From Octopus vulgaris (lineage: Eukaryota), in NCBI GenBank assembly GCA_951406725.2, contig OX597830.1:61814001-61878000 (forward strand): a stretch of DNA of 64,000 nucleotides, given 5' to 3'. The position numbers and the translations under genes are program-made. Within the stretch, counting starts at the first letter, position 1. Every line of letters begins with the position of its first letter. The notes under the pieces were generated by a model. That model saw nothing but the letters and a program-made list of their open reading frames with translations. It made no database searches and was not told where the DNA came from. Of this stretch, positions 38,835-51,963 are shown in pieces.

Positions 38835-39271
38835 GTAAGATTTTTTTTATTAATGATTATAATGATCAATAATTATTGATTTTTAATTTAGGTATAAATT
38901 ATCTGAAAGCATTAATATTTCTTGTATATAAAGAATGATTGCCAATTCTAGTGTTGTAAATATTCAATTCTTTTTTTACAAGGATCTTTTTGTTTAGCTT
39001 TTATTTATACACATATCAATGAATATCTTTCCATATCAATTGGTTTCATCATCATCATTATTTAATGTCTATTTTCCATTCTGGCATAGGTTGGACAGTT
39101 CAACAGGAGCTGGTAAGCCAAAGAGCTACATTCGGTTCTGTTTGTCTGATTTGGCATGATTTCTATAGCTGGATGCCCTTCATAAAGCCAATCATTTTAC
39201 CAAGGAGCTTGTAAGACTAAAACCTCACAGCTGAGAGAGGAAGTGGGGCCAAGGGAAGTGACTGTGTGCCA

Positions 39272-39469
39272 GGCAATAGATTAGAGTATAATAGGGGGGA
39301 CAGAGGTAATAGGTTAGAGTATAATAGGGGGGACAGAGGTAATAGGTTAGAGTATAATAGGGGGGACAGAGGTAATAGGTTAGAGTATAATAGGGGGGAC
39401 AGAGGTAATAGGTTAGAGTATAATAGGGGGGACAGAGGTAATAGGTTAGAGTATAATAGGGGGGACAGA
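39272..39469. repeat. 33-bp minisatellite, 6 copies
   Basis: Unit GGTAATAGGTTAGAGTATAATAGGGGGGACAGA. Confidence 0.95.
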
Positions 39470-40222
39470 GATCGCTGTCTTATGATAGATACTTGGCTAC
39501 CCCAGTAGGATAGGGAAGGAGTGGAAGGGGAGAGAGACAGTGTGAGAAAGAAATATTGGGGCCTATTTATAGGGAACTGTAGGGGAGTATAAATTGTACA
39601 GAGGGGATTGAGGGGGATGTTCCATAAAAGTGTGAGGTACTATGATTAGCAATGGGGAAGACATGACTGTAGCAAATGAAAGAAAATGGAGTGGTAGATA
39701 TGTTAGAGCATGGAAACCGTGCAGGTTGATATGTGAGGGACAGTGAAGGGGTCTGTAGTGGATGGTGATCATACGTAGTGAGATGGGGGTGATGGGAAGA
39801 AGGCTTGTAGGAGTGTTTTGAAAGAGGACTTATGTGTGAGTGAGGAGCAGGGTTGTAAAGGACATGCCTTTACGTATGGATGGCCATGATTTTACTTAGC
39901 TTCACGTGTTTTCTCAAGCCCAGCAAATTGCCAGAGATCTCAATCCTTTTTCGTCTCTTCTATGAAGCTCAACATCTAAAGATCATTTCTCACAACTCTC
40001 TGTAAAACTTTCTAGAAGTTTATCATTTAAATATACATGAGCTTTTCTAGACATGCAATTATATGCATGAAAATACATACATAAAACAAAACATGAAAAT
40101 CTGCACATATACACACATACATACATATATATACATATAAAAATATTCCTGATTGGTTATATGCCATAACCAAGAATATACCACTTGGCAACATATGTGT
40201 GTGTGTGTGTAATATATATCTT

Positions 40223-40502
40223 GCGTGGCCGTCTGCCAGCCTCGTCTGGCACCTGTGTCGGTGGCACATAAAAAACACCATCCGAGCATGGCCGTCTGCC
40301 AGCCTCGTCTGGCACCTGTGTCGGTGGCACATAAAATCACCCACTGCACTCTCGGAGTGGTTGGCGTTAGGAAGGGCATCCAGCTGTAGAAACACTGCCA
40401 GATCTGACTGGCCTGGTGCAGCCTTCGGGCTTGCCAGACCCCAGTTGAACCGTCCAACCCATGCTAGCATGGAAAGCGGACGTTAAACAATGATGATGAT
40501 GA
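40223..40502 (+). mobile_element. RTE 3' UTR-type repeat
   Basis: Two tandem units and a GAT tail. A degenerate inverted copy lies at about 39047-39200. Confidence 0.85.
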
Positions 40503-40639
40503 TTTTAAATCCATCTGGGTGTTGTCATTTCAGCCATTTTCATTTGAAAATTTAGAAATTTTATAACTTTTTTAAAGAGATAATTGCACTGAAGGATGAT
40601 AAAATTATTAATATTAGCACTTATGTATATTATTTGTAG

Positions 40640-40766
40640 GATTGTTAATCATACAGCTCAACTTCTGGAAGAACATAGCAGTGTTATAAATGTGCAAACT
40701 ATGCAACAGAAAATGGGTCATACCACTTTGAAAGATTGTTTTTATTTATATACACAAGAAGAAAAG
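40640..40766 (+). CDS. USP31: USP31/43-like coding exon 7
   Basis: TTTGTAG|G acceptor; EEHSSVINVQTMQQKMGHTTLKDCFYLYTQEEK; AAG|GTAATA donor; phase 2/0. Confidence 0.92.
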
Positions 40767-41019
40767 GTAATAAATATTCTCATTTTACTTTCTGATAAAT
40801 ATTGCATTCTATTTTTAAAAGCTTCATATTAAATCTTCAAATGTATTCTCTATTTTACTAAAAATGATCACAAAGCCAAAGGCCAAATTGAGTCATAAAA
40901 TTATATAGAAACAGGTTCTTGAATATCTTCAGATTCCCCTTTGATCTTTAGATTACTTCATATGTTAGCAACCACTACCATCTCCTGATCTGACATCAGT
41001 ATCATTCCTGGCTGTGAGG

Positions 41020-41360
41020 AAGACTCTAATTCGCTTTAAATATAATAATTGGATCTGCAACTCATCTACACATCTCTTTGATATAATCATGGGCACATGA
41101 GACTCAGCCAAGGTTACTGACTTAGTTGGCCTATTCCTTCTTTCCTAAATTAACAAATACTTCCCCAACCTCTCTGGTGAACTATACAAGGACTGGATTA
41201 TCTCAACTGTCAGTGGAACTCATCAGGAAAACCCTACACAAATTTTTTAAAAACTTAACCTGACTATTTCTTTTGAAATTGACACTAAAGTGACCAATTT
41301 CTTAGACATTGCTCTTGACCTAAACACAAATCTATATCACCTTTTCCATAAAGCATTCTA
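41020..41360 (+). mobile_element. Decayed Penelope-like RT fragment
   Basis: DLVGLFLLS...DTKVTNFLDIALDLNTNLYHLFHK, resembling 11500-11760. Confidence 0.6.
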
Positions 41361-41635
41361 TTTATGACCATCCCAGCTTATTTTCCAACATCTGAAAAGG
41401 ATATATGTAGTACTAAATTATTAGATATGGCATCCCTTTCTTATAGTGACAGGTATGACTTGAGAGAGATTCAGTTCCTATTCTTAGCAATTTAAGCAAC
41501 AACATAGAGATTGTATCAATAGATCAATTTTTTTTAAAGCTTTTTCTGTGTAACTTCTGAAAACTTATCATTTCTTCTTCTTGAAATTTTAATTATTTTG
41601 TTAGAATCTTTGTCCTATATTTGTTGGAATTTATA

Positions 41636-42502
41636 CAAGCGAGTACCCAAAAGTAACTGGAAACATTCTGTGTGGGACAAGCCCATTGTAGTTCAGGCTT
41701 CTGCCGCTAGAACCCACTTGATGCAACCCTCAGGCATCAGTATGTGAACTGGTGTCATCAAGTGTAGTCCTACTGATACTTGGTGCATCTTTGCTTTGCA
41801 CTGCTTCTCCCCTGTTCATTGATTTTTGTGATGGCTGAAATGAAGGAACAGTGTGCTTCCATGAAATTCTGTTTCTTGCTGGGAAAAACAGCAACCAAAA
41901 CAGTTGTAAAGCTTCTAACAGCTTACAAGGATGTTGTCATGAGCAAAACACAAGTTTACGAGTGGTTTTCATGCTTTAGAATGGTCACTCGTCACTTGAA
42001 GACCAACCTCATTCAGGGCATCTGTTGACCGCCCAAACAAATGAAAACATCATGCACTGATCTAGGAGGACCATCACTGAACAATTGATGCACTTGTTGA
42101 TATAACTGGTGTGTCCTGGAGCTCCTGACAACGAATTTTGTGCAAGGAATTGCAAATGAAAAGAGTTGCAGCAAAATTTGCACCTCCCTTGTTCATGGAA
42201 GATCAAAAACAGCCGTGACTGAATGCATGTCATGATCTGAAAGAACAATTGGAAGTTGATCTGGACCTTTTTTTGAAGATCATAACTGATGATGAAAGCT
42301 GGTGCAGAAAAAAATCTACAGAGGCGTTAAAAAGCATCACTTCACAAGAGTTCCAGGACTGCTTTGAACGATGGAAAATGCATCTTGACTGATGCATTGC
42401 TTCAAATGGAAAATATTTTGAAGGCGATAAAAGTGTAAACATGCAAAACTAAGTGAATAAAATAATTTTGCAAAATTCCAGTTTCTTTTGGGTATCACTT
42501 CG
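41636..42502 (+). mobile_element. Mariner element with both TIRs, internally deleted
   Basis: TA|CAAGCGAGTACCCAAAAGTAACTGGAA ... TTCCAGTTTCTTTTGGGTATCACTTCG|TA; MKEQCASMKFCFLLGKTATKT...SKTQVYEWF HTH region. Confidence 0.88.
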
Positions 42503-42588
42503 TAAATTGTATAGATTTAACAAATTTCTTGAGTAAAATTAGAAAAAAGAAAGTTTTTTGCTTGATCATTGATCTTCTAAATTCTTAA

Positions 42589-42810
42589 TGGCCTTTCGTT
42601 ACCAACCCAGCTGAAACCGGCTCTGGCCCTGAGTACAAATGTCTTGTTTTCAAAAGTTTTGAATTAAAATCTTCCACCAAACCTTAGTCACAATTTATGT
42701 TCCTAACACTAGCTTAATGATAACTAAGTTATTTTACTAAATTCTTTGTAATATTTAAAGTAATTGAAAGAAACATGGAGCATCTCAAAATAAATACAGT
42801 AACGAAAGCG
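42589..42810. mobile_element. piggyBac-type MITE
   Basis: TTAA flanks; CTTTCGTTAC / GTAACGAAAG inverted ends. Confidence 0.6.
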
Positions 42811-42869
42811 TTAATGATATTTAATATTATGAACCTTTCACCTTTTCTTTCTATTCTACAATTGTGCAG

Positions 42870-42989
42870 CTGAGTGGAGATGCCTGGAGATGTCCACATT
42901 GCCGTCATCAACAAACAGGAGCAATAAAGAAGTTACGACTATGTTCCTTGCCTGAAATTTTGGTTGTTCATTTGAAACGTTTTAAACAG
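42870..42989 (+). CDS. USP31: USP31/43-like coding exon 8
   Basis: GTGCAG|CTG acceptor; [40 protein letters not shown]; CAG|GTTGGT donor; phase 0/0. Confidence 0.95.
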
Positions 42990-44293
42990 GTTGGTTTTAA
43001 AAGTGTTTTAGAAAGTCTTTTCAATGCAAGTAAGTTTACTTTTTTACTTATATTTCAATACTTCAGGGTTAAAACCCCTTTATCAATTTAAAATGGTGGA
43101 TGGTGCTAAGCTGATATATTTTGCACAGAAAAATGAAAATAAGAGGAGGATGTTTACAATTTATTGGTATTGTTACAATGGCCAAAGAGTTTCATGCAGT
43201 TCATCTCTATTTTTAATAAATGGATTTAATCTATTAATGAGGTTGGCCCCTTTAATCCATGAATTTCCTATGTTCCTTCCATTCACTGATTTTGATAATG
43301 ACTAATGTCTTTGGTATAATGTTTCTCCAGATGTTCTTTTAATGCAAGAGGGAATTGTTTGGATTTGCTCTTTAATACAGCTTTGCAGATTAATGTAATT
43401 TGTAGTTGGTGCTTCTTTTGTTGAAACTACTATATTTATTGAAAACTTCATAATAACACTATGTAAGTCCTGAAATGCATAATGTTAATAGGGCAACTGA
43501 CTATTGTGCATATATTACTCTTATTTACAGGTCGGTCCCCAGGCAGTTATTTTTTAATGTGGGCCCAAAATATATCAGTTTTGTGTTGAGCTCCTCCCTG
43601 TCGGTTGTACTAGTGGCTCTAACATTAAATTACAGTAGTTTTAGAAAGGATGTGTTATCATTGGAGATTTAATGATATGTTATTGTCTAGCAAAGGATGT
43701 TGTATAGCTGTAAGCCGTTAGCATCCTTTAGAACTGCTTAGTATAAGTACATAAACTATTCAATTTTGACCAAAACTTCATTTTAACCCAACAATCCAAC
43801 AAGCTTAAACATGATATAGATGCTACATTTTGCATAAAACCTGATTGCTTAAAATGGATGTCAGCTTACTTATCTCTACTAGGTTTCCAACCAGTATGGA
43901 CAGATCTGCTTTTTTGTCAATTCATGAGAGGCACGAATTACAACCGTGTTTCGTGGTCTGCTACCACAACAGCCCTTTTATAGGATCCAGTTAGCTCAAG
44001 ACAGGATCCTATAAAGGAGGAATAAAAGAAGAAATGACTGAGCAATGAATGGTATCAAATAGGCAAGAGGGGTAGGAGATGGTGACCTGGCAGGTATGAA
44101 CTGACAAAGCACAGATGTAGATATTTAATAGACATTCCAGTCTCTATTACTTCCCCTCACCATTTTAATATATATTTCATCATGCATGGTTGTTTGCCAT
44201 TTCCATTGTGAGACACAACTACTTGAGATCATGTCTTCCCCAGCTTCCCTTTTCCACAGATTTCAGTCACTTTCAACACTTGGTACTTCTTAT

Positions 44294-44517
44294 TTCTTTA
44301 TTGCCCACAAGGGGCTAAACATAGAGGGGACAAACAAGGACAGACAAAGGGATTAAGTCGATTACATCGACCCCAGTGTGTAACTGGTACTTAATTTATC
44401 GACCCCGAAAGGATGAAAGGCAAAGTTGACCTCAGCGGAATTTGAACTCAGAACGTAACGACAGACGAAATACTGCTAAGCATTTCGCCCGGCGTGCTAA
44501 CGCTTCTGCCAGCTTGC
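44294..44517 (-). mobile_element. tRNA-derived SINE, family C
   Basis: Same as 35128-35361. Confidence 0.85.
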
Positions 44518-44801
44518 TTCTTTATGCAGCTCTCTGCCTTCATGTGCATCACATACCCATACCAGAACTGTCTTCTCTCTTGCACACTATCTAATTTCTG
44601 TTTTACCAGATATTCTCTCGGCTCATTTGTGTTCCATTGTTCATGTACACTAACATAACCTATCTAGTAAAGCACACTTTTTCCATTCCTTTCCGGTCTT
44701 CACAAATAGTTTGTATTCAAGATCCACATCCCTTTATCATGCAGCATTACACTTCCCACACAATCTTCCCTCCTCTCTGAGAGAGAGGTTCTTATGTAAG
44801 G

Positions 44802-45163
44802 TTAAGTTAATTTTTTGGCTCAAAAAGCAAAAAGCATGGCCATGTAGGGGGACATGGAGTTATGTACAGGGAGGGTGTTGATGCAAAGAGTTCAGGCCAT
44901 TTCTGGTCAAGAGAGACTTTGAACCGAGCGGTCGTCGGCATCTTCACTATCTCGTCCGGCAGCTTATTCCACGGATCCGCAACCCGGACGGAGGAAGCCC
45001 CTCTCCTTCGATTGAGATGAAATCGTCGCAGATAGAGCTTTTCGGAGTGACCCCGCAGCCGACGCTCTGGAGCAGGAGTGAAGAACAGCTCTTTCGAGGG
45101 GTTACACTTTCCGCTTATGATGTTGTGAGCAAGAATGAGATCACCACGGCGGCGGCGTTTTTC
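44802..45163 (-). mobile_element. CR1-clade LINE 3' end
   Basis: EKRRRRGDLILAHNIISGK...RVADPWNKLPDEIV; TAACT tail. Confidence 0.9.
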
Positions 45164-45673
45164 TTCGTTCTTTGTAGTTGGAAGATGTAGTAGCTCCCTG
45201 AACTTCTTTTTAGCCCATGGCCATCTCATGCTAACTCCCCTTGATCAAGTTTGCAATAATTCTTTCCATAACTTTTATCACTTGGTCAAAACATATGCCT
45301 TTATAGGTTTTATCTCTCAGGTGTATACTCTTTATTCTTTTACTTGTTTTAGCCATGTAGCTGCAGTCATGCTGGAGCACCACCGTGTATATTTATATTC
45401 ATGGAATATAATTAAAGGATTAAATAAAATATTATTCCAATATTTGACTTGCATGTAACAGGCACCCATTAGACTCTTGGAGTGGTTGGTGTTAGGAAGG
45501 GCATCCAGTTGTAGAAACCATGCCAATTTAGACTGGAACCAGGTACAGCTCTCTGGTTTACCAGTTCTAGTCAAACCATCTAACCCATGCCGGCATGGAA
45601 AGTTGATGTTAAATGATGATGATAACAATGATTTAATGTTGATATATATATATATATATATATATTTTTAAAA

Positions 45674-45876
45674 ATTCAAAATGTGACCGCAAGTGTACCA
45701 TTGGCGATTTTTTTTCCTCTGTCTTCCCTTCTCTGGATCTTTCCTTTTCCTATGTTTCTGACGAAGAGCTCCACTCGAAATGTTAAACCCTCCTTCTTTC
45801 CTGAGCGTCCAATAATACTATATTTGTTCCACGTCCTCGCGTTGTTGTGTTTTTTTTTGTGCTTTCATGTTTGGAT

Positions 45877-45881
<5 letters not shown>
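45674..45881 (+). mobile_element. Solo PLE pLTR-like repeat within (TA)n
   Basis: Near-identical to 58282-58493; contains a hammerhead motif; shares TTCCTGAGCGT with the pLTR at about 13083. Confidence 0.7.
45754..45788 (+). ncRNA. Minimal type I hammerhead motif
   Basis: GUUU-CUGACGA-A-GAG(CUCCA)CUC-GAAA-U-GUU/AAAC. Confidence 0.65.
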
Positions 45882-45917
<36 letters not shown>

Positions 45918-46139
45918 ATGTGTATTTGTGTAAGTGATAGAGGGCAATAGAGGGAAATTTAATCACGTACCTATGACTGTACCCATATTTTTATCTATTC
46001 CTTCTTTGTTTTTGATACTCTTAATTATTTCTTTCCTTAGTAATTTTTTATTGTCTCTTTTAATATCTACATTTTAGCCCATTAATGGTTTTGTTTTGAT
46101 TTTATTGATCATGAGATAATTATTCAAATTTCATTCCAG

Positions 46140-46347
46140 GTGAAAATGCAACGCAATAAAGTTGATATTCTGGTTGATTTTCCAATGTGGAGTTTAGATC
46201 TCAGTCAGTATTTGGTAAATTTTAGTAAATGGAATCAGCATATGCATGATGGCTATTCTTCAACTTATGATGAAAGCCTTAGGGATGCTTATGATTTGTT
46301 TGCTGTATGCAACCACTATGGAAATTTGATTGGAGGTCATTACACAG
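46140..46347 (+). CDS. USP31: USP31/43-like coding exon 9 (His box)
   Basis: TTCCAG|GTG acceptor; VDFPMWSLDLSQYL...YDLFAVCNHYGNLIGGHYT; G|GTAAGT donor; phase 0/1. Confidence 0.95.
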
Positions 46348-46681
46348 GTAAGTTATATTTTATAACTATTTCTTCATTTGGAACTTACTAATTTTTTTAA
46401 ATTGATATCAACTTTCATGAATGATGGAGCGCAAGTGAGTTGGGATAGTGGTTGGGTATTTAAAAAGCATCAGCTATTATATGTAAGATAAACAATCATA
46501 GTAATATATTCCTTGTAATGCAAATGGCTAATTTGTACTGAGTTATGTTTTGACAACATTTCCAATACATACTAGCATGCGAAAGAGATGTTATAATAAT
46601 AATGAGGAGGAGGACATAACGATGATGACGATGAATAATGAGGACAGCAGCAATAAATCACCAGTCAAAAGTGCAAAATAA

Positions 46682-46682
<1 letters not shown>

Positions 46683-46712
<30 letters not shown>

Positions 46713-47183
46713 ATTAGCGTCTGTTTTCCATGCTAGCATGGGTTGGACGGTTCAACTGGGATCTGTGAAGCTGGAAGGCTTCATCAGTCAGATCTGGCAG
46801 TGTTTCTACAGCTGGATGCCCTTCCTAACGCCAACCACTCCGTGAGTGTAGTGGGTGCTTTTTACGTGCCACCCGCACAGGTGCCAGACAGAGCTGGCAA
46901 ACGGCCACAAACGGATGGTGCTTTTATGTGTCACCGGCACGGGGCCAGGCGAGGCTGGCAACGGACACGAACTGATGGTGCTTTTACGTGTCACCGGCAC
47001 GGGGGCCAGGCGAGGCTGGCAACGGACACAAACTGATGGTGCTTTTACGTGCCACCAACACGGGGCCAGATAGAGCTGGCAAACGGCCACGAAACAGATG
47101 GTGCTTTTATGTGTCACCGGCACAGGGCCAGGCGAGGCTGGCAACGGACACGAACGGATGGTGCTTTTACGTGCCACCAACAC
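46683..47183 (-). mobile_element. RTE 3' UTR-type repeat with about 6 tandem units
   Basis: (CAT)n start; repeated GGTGCTTTTA(C/T)GTG with a period near 60 bp. Confidence 0.85.
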
Positions 47184-48488
47184 GTGTTTAGTTTTTTGAA
47201 TAGTTTCATCTAAGGCATTGAAGCCGTGCACTACCAAACTGAAGGAGAATGTGGGTAATGAGGGAATTCCAGAGTGGGACTATTTTAGGGAAATGAATTG
47301 GGAAAGAATATGTTACCATTGTTCAATCCTAGGCCAATCCTGACACTGAGCAGACCTGTGATCAAAGATGGTAAAATTGATATGAGAGATGTAGAGCTGT
47401 TATTTCAAGCTGGGGAAATGACCATGTAGTGGTTCCCTCTTTAGCTGATAAAAGTACGTGTTGCTAAGTGACAGCAAATAGGTGTTGAATGTATTAAAGA
47501 AATAGTGTAGCAGTGATAACTTAGTTTTGAGGTGTACCACAGTTAACGCAGAGTGGAACAGAGAGTTCCATCATTACACATGGCAATAAAGTGATCTGTC
47601 AGAAAAATGTTCAGTCCAAAAGAAAAGAAATGGATAGAATCCTGTTGACTCGTAACCTAATTTAGGAGGCTCTAATGCCAGATAGGGTTGGAAGCTTTGC
47701 TGATGTCAAGTATAAGAAATTGTCTTTCCTGAAGTGAGTGGGTAGAATTCTATATTAGATCTGGTTGTTTGTAAGTCATAGTATTCATCATAGAGATTAA
47801 GAAGAAACATTTTAATTTTGGTATGTTGGAAGGCTCTTGGTCAGTAATTGGAAGGATCAAAAATGTTTCCCTTTGTAATGTGTTCTCACAAAGACTGGGG
47901 TAGTTCCTTGTAAAGTTCGTATAAGAAAAAAGTTGTAATCACTTTACTAGCCTTCCCACTCTTACTATTACTGTAATGATTATTTCTTTTGAGATGCTAG
48001 CTCAGCAAGATGCACAGCTTTTGCTGGCTGCATTTGAACCAAATATATGAAAAAAGTAAAGTTAGCTTATTTTTTCAAGTCAGTTCCATTCTATGATATA
48101 TAAGTGTTTTAATGAAACACTAGTGCAGACCTCTATTGCTATTCTATAAATGAAAAATAGAAATACTAGTAAACATTTTCTTTGTGATAATTGCCTATAT
48201 GAAATACATATTTTAAAAAACTGTTTACTTTGAGAACAAGAAAACTAATATGTCTGTCAAGTTGTCTAAGATTTTGCACTCATAAATTCTAATTTGTTTT
48301 GTAATAAAGATTTCTTAATTAGAGTTGTTTAACTCCAAATCAGTCTTGATAGAGCAAACATAATTAAAAACATTTCATTACTTTCTACCATGGTACATGT
48401 AGGATTACATCTTGTAGTGTGTCTCTTTTATCTTTTACTTGTTTCAGTTATTTTGACTGTGACCATGCTGGGGTACCACCTTGAAGGT

Positions 48489-48874
48489 GGAGGCGCAATG
48501 GCCCAGTAGTTAGGGCAGCGGGCTCGCGGTCATAGGATCGCGGTTTCGATTCCCAGACCGGGCGTTGTGAGTGTTTATTGAGCGAAAACACCTAAAAGCT
48601 CCACGAGGCTCCTGCAGGAGATGGTGGTGATCCCTGCTGTACTCTTTCACCACAACTTTCTCTCACTCTTACTTCCTGTTTCTGTTGTACCTGTATTTCA
48701 AGGGGCCAGCCTTGTCACTCTCTGTCTCACGCTGAATATCCCCGAGAACTATGTTACGGGTGCACGTGTCTGTGGAGTGCTCAGCCACTTACACGTTAAT
48801 TTCACGAGCAGGCTGTTCCGTTGATTCGGATCAACCGGAACCCTCGTCGTCGTAACCGACGGAGTGCTTCCATC
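48489..48874 (+). mobile_element. tRNA-derived SINE family B nested in a family A SINE
   Basis: 14-bp duplication ACCACCTTGAAGGT at 48475-48488 and 48875-48888; host SINE pieces at about 48430-48488 and 48875-48952. Confidence 0.92.
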
Positions 48875-50799
48875 ACCACCTTGAAGGTTTTAGTCAAACA
48901 AATCAACCTCAGGACTTAATTTTAAAAGCCTGGTACTTAATCCATTGGTCTCTTTTTTTTTTTATTCATTTAATTGGCCACAAGGGCCTTACAAAGAAGA
49001 GAAGCTGCGGGTTGGACGCTCACATAATGATATGAATGACAAATGAAATGGTGAAAAATGAGGGCAACAAGCAATGCCTGCCGATTGCTCTTTACCCCAA
49101 AACATTGTTCTTTTTAAGTTTCATACTCGAGGCAATAAACCTCTTACACAATTCAATGAAATACAATAAAAGTGAGGCACCAAGCCTCTTACTTTTATTA
49201 TCAGTTACATGCTTTCCTGTCCGACCAGGCTCCTCGCTTCTTTGAAGCACCAAGATGGTTCCAAAATAAAATTTCATCTTCTTACAAGTTAGAAAGACCC
49301 TTTCATGGGGACTTAACACCCACAATTTTGTCATTTTATCTAAGCAAAGACGAATAGTTGTACTCTTGGAAGCTGTGGGGTCATCCGAGCATAGAAGATG
49401 AGCATTATTTGTAATTCAATAGTTCAACAGTGTAACAGTTTGCTATGACATGCACTTAGATTGTGATTTCTGCAATGTGCTGCATAAATTGTCAAGTAAA
49501 TGAGAGGCATCTTTTCCTCCACTGATTCAGTTGCAAAGTGTTGAGTAAAGTTATTTGATTGCAGATTTCCTTTCAGTCTTTTTATTATCACTGGATCACA
49601 CATAGTCCCCACATGGTAACATTGATTTCAAGGCCTTCCCAGATGAGTGACTGGTTACTCAAAGACATTTATAGATTGTATATTTATTCTGTCCAGTTAC
49701 GTATCACTATAGTGGTCATATGCAAACTCCAACTTTCATTTCTCCTTAGCCCTCACGTCACACAATTGTTAATGTTTATTTCAGTTGGGTCACGCCCTTC
49801 CAATTGCTATAGATTCGTAATGCATCTTACCATGGTGAGGAATACTACATTGGGAGTGGTAACGACTAGGGTACTGTAGCTGACTGCTTGTTGTGATCAT
49901 TCGTCTTTTGGTTTCCTGTAGCTTTGCTCTCTTTTACAAACCCAGTGAACATATATTTCCTATTTCAAAGAAATTCAAACAATAGATATAAGACCCAAGT
50001 TAAAAAGATTCTCAAGAATTCAACTTCTCTGCTTGACATTAAGACACCTACCCCCAAGAGGAGCCTTAACTCTCACATTTTAGAGCTCCATGACCTTCAT
50101 TTTTCAGGAGCAAAATCTTTTTAACAGGTTCAATAAGACTGGAATTTTGGAATCTGCACATAAAAATCAGTAGTATGGGATACATGTGGCACGATTACAA
50201 CTTTGATTGGGTGTGTAAAGAGGGAAATAACCCTCATCTGCAATTTTGATGAAATTCAAAACATAGGTATTCCAGTTCATTACAGAAAATATAACAGAAA
50301 AGTCTAATTCTTTAATTGCATGTAACACAAGCAATGCTGGGTATCTCTGCTAGTTTAATATAAATCTGAAGATGTGATACAATCGTCTATTACAAAATTT
50401 ATTGATTCTATAAGCATTTTTATATTAGAATTTACTGTACAGTTTTTGGTTTAGAATGATCTTCAACTGGGGGGGGGGGATATTTCTTAGGATTTTATTT
50501 GGTGTATAGCCGTGTGTATTTATTTGTTTGTCTATCAATGAAATTGTACATGTTAATCCCATCTTTTGTAGTACGATTCTTGGATACCTCTATAACTATC
50601 TTGATTATATGTACCAGTTGATGTTTGTTGTGTTTTTTTTGTTTTTGTTTTGTTTTTGTTTTTTTGATAGGGTGGTTGTGAATGTTATCGATGCATCTGA
50701 TGAAAATCAAATTGACCAAATTTAAAAAGGGAGGATTTATAATGGCCCAGAGTACATTATGCTAGACTAATACTAGCTGAATGATGAAAAGTAAACTGC

Positions 50800-51185
50800 C
50801 TTGTGGTTAAGAAACTCACTTTTCAACCACATGGTTTCAAGTTCAGTCCCACTTGCACCCTGGGCAAGTGGCTTCTTATATTGCTTCAGGCCAACCAAAG
50901 CCTTGTAAGTGGATTTGTTAGACAGAAACTGTGTTTAAGCCTATTACATGTCTTTGTATTTTTGTTTACATTTTGTGTCTTTGTATTTTTATTTGTACCC
51001 CACCACTGCTCAACAACTGGTGTTGGTATATTTACATCCCTGTAATTTAGCAGTTCAGTGAAAGAGACTGATAGAATAAATACCAGGCTTTAATAAAAAA
51101 CAAGTACTGGGATTGATTCATTCAACTAAAATTTTTCAAGGCAGTGCTCCAACATGGCTGCAGTGAGGACTGAAACAAGTAAGCG
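50800..51185 (+). mobile_element. Degenerate family A-like SINE
   Basis: GTTCAGTCCCAC head, CCTGGGCAAGTG core and GACTGAAACAAGTAAG tail. Confidence 0.65.
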
Positions 51186-51305
51186 AGAAAAAATTCTGAA
51201 ATGAATCCTGCTTTTAAATTTACTAAATATTTAATGTATTTTTAAGTTCAGAAAATGTGGATTTATTTAAATGTTTTTTTTTTTTTTGTCTTTGTTCATT
51301 TTCAG

Positions 51306-51803
51306 CATTCTGCAAAAATCCTGTGGATGGTTCTTGGTATCAATTTGATGACACTCAAGTAAAACCAATTTCAAAAAAAGAGGTTGTAACAAAAGCAGCT
51401 TATTTATTGTTTTATCAGCATCGCGAGTTATTTAAGCATCAGAAGGATGAGTTGCTAACTGGAACACATTGGATATGTACTTTACATGGCGCATCTTCAA
51501 GCTTAGATTGTGCATCAGATCCTCCTCCAAGACCAACTAGTTACTCAATATACCAAAGTCCAGCACTGTCGTCTGATCAAACATCATCCTGTCAGCCAGA
51601 TTCTGCAGTAAGAATGAACCCTTATGATCATCCATGTTCATCTCCTCCTGTACATTTTGTTAACAGTACAACATTTCAGAGTACTCGTGGGATCCCAAAG
51701 ACTCATACGAACAGCAGTGATTGTAACTACCAGTCACTTAAGACATCTGAGGAAGAACACAGTTTTAAAATATCTGCAGAAAGACAACAGAATCAGAAAA
51801 CCA
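51306..51803 (+). CDS. USP31: USP31/43-like coding exon 10
   Basis: TTTCAG|CA acceptor; AFCKNPVDGSWYQFDDTQVKPISKKEVVTKAAYLLFYQ then a Ser/Pro-rich tail; A|GTAAGA donor; phase 1/1. Confidence 0.92.
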
Positions 51804-51868
51804 GTAAGATTGTACTTTGTTTGACTTCAAATGCTTTTGATTTCATTGTATATAGATATATTTAAATG

Positions 51869-51925
51869 TCATCATCATCATCATCATCGTTTAACGTCCG
51901 CTTTCCATGCTAGCATGGGTTGGAC

Positions 51926-51963
<38 letters not shown>

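Noticed and set aside
39266-39508. ORF with repeated RGD motifs
   Set aside because: It is a translation of a 33-bp intronic minisatellite with a GTG start and no splice support.
50325-50354. Helitron-like 3' end (GCAATGCTGGGTATCTCTGCTAG|T)
   Set aside because: No clear subterminal hairpin or 5' end could be identified, so it is too weak to call.
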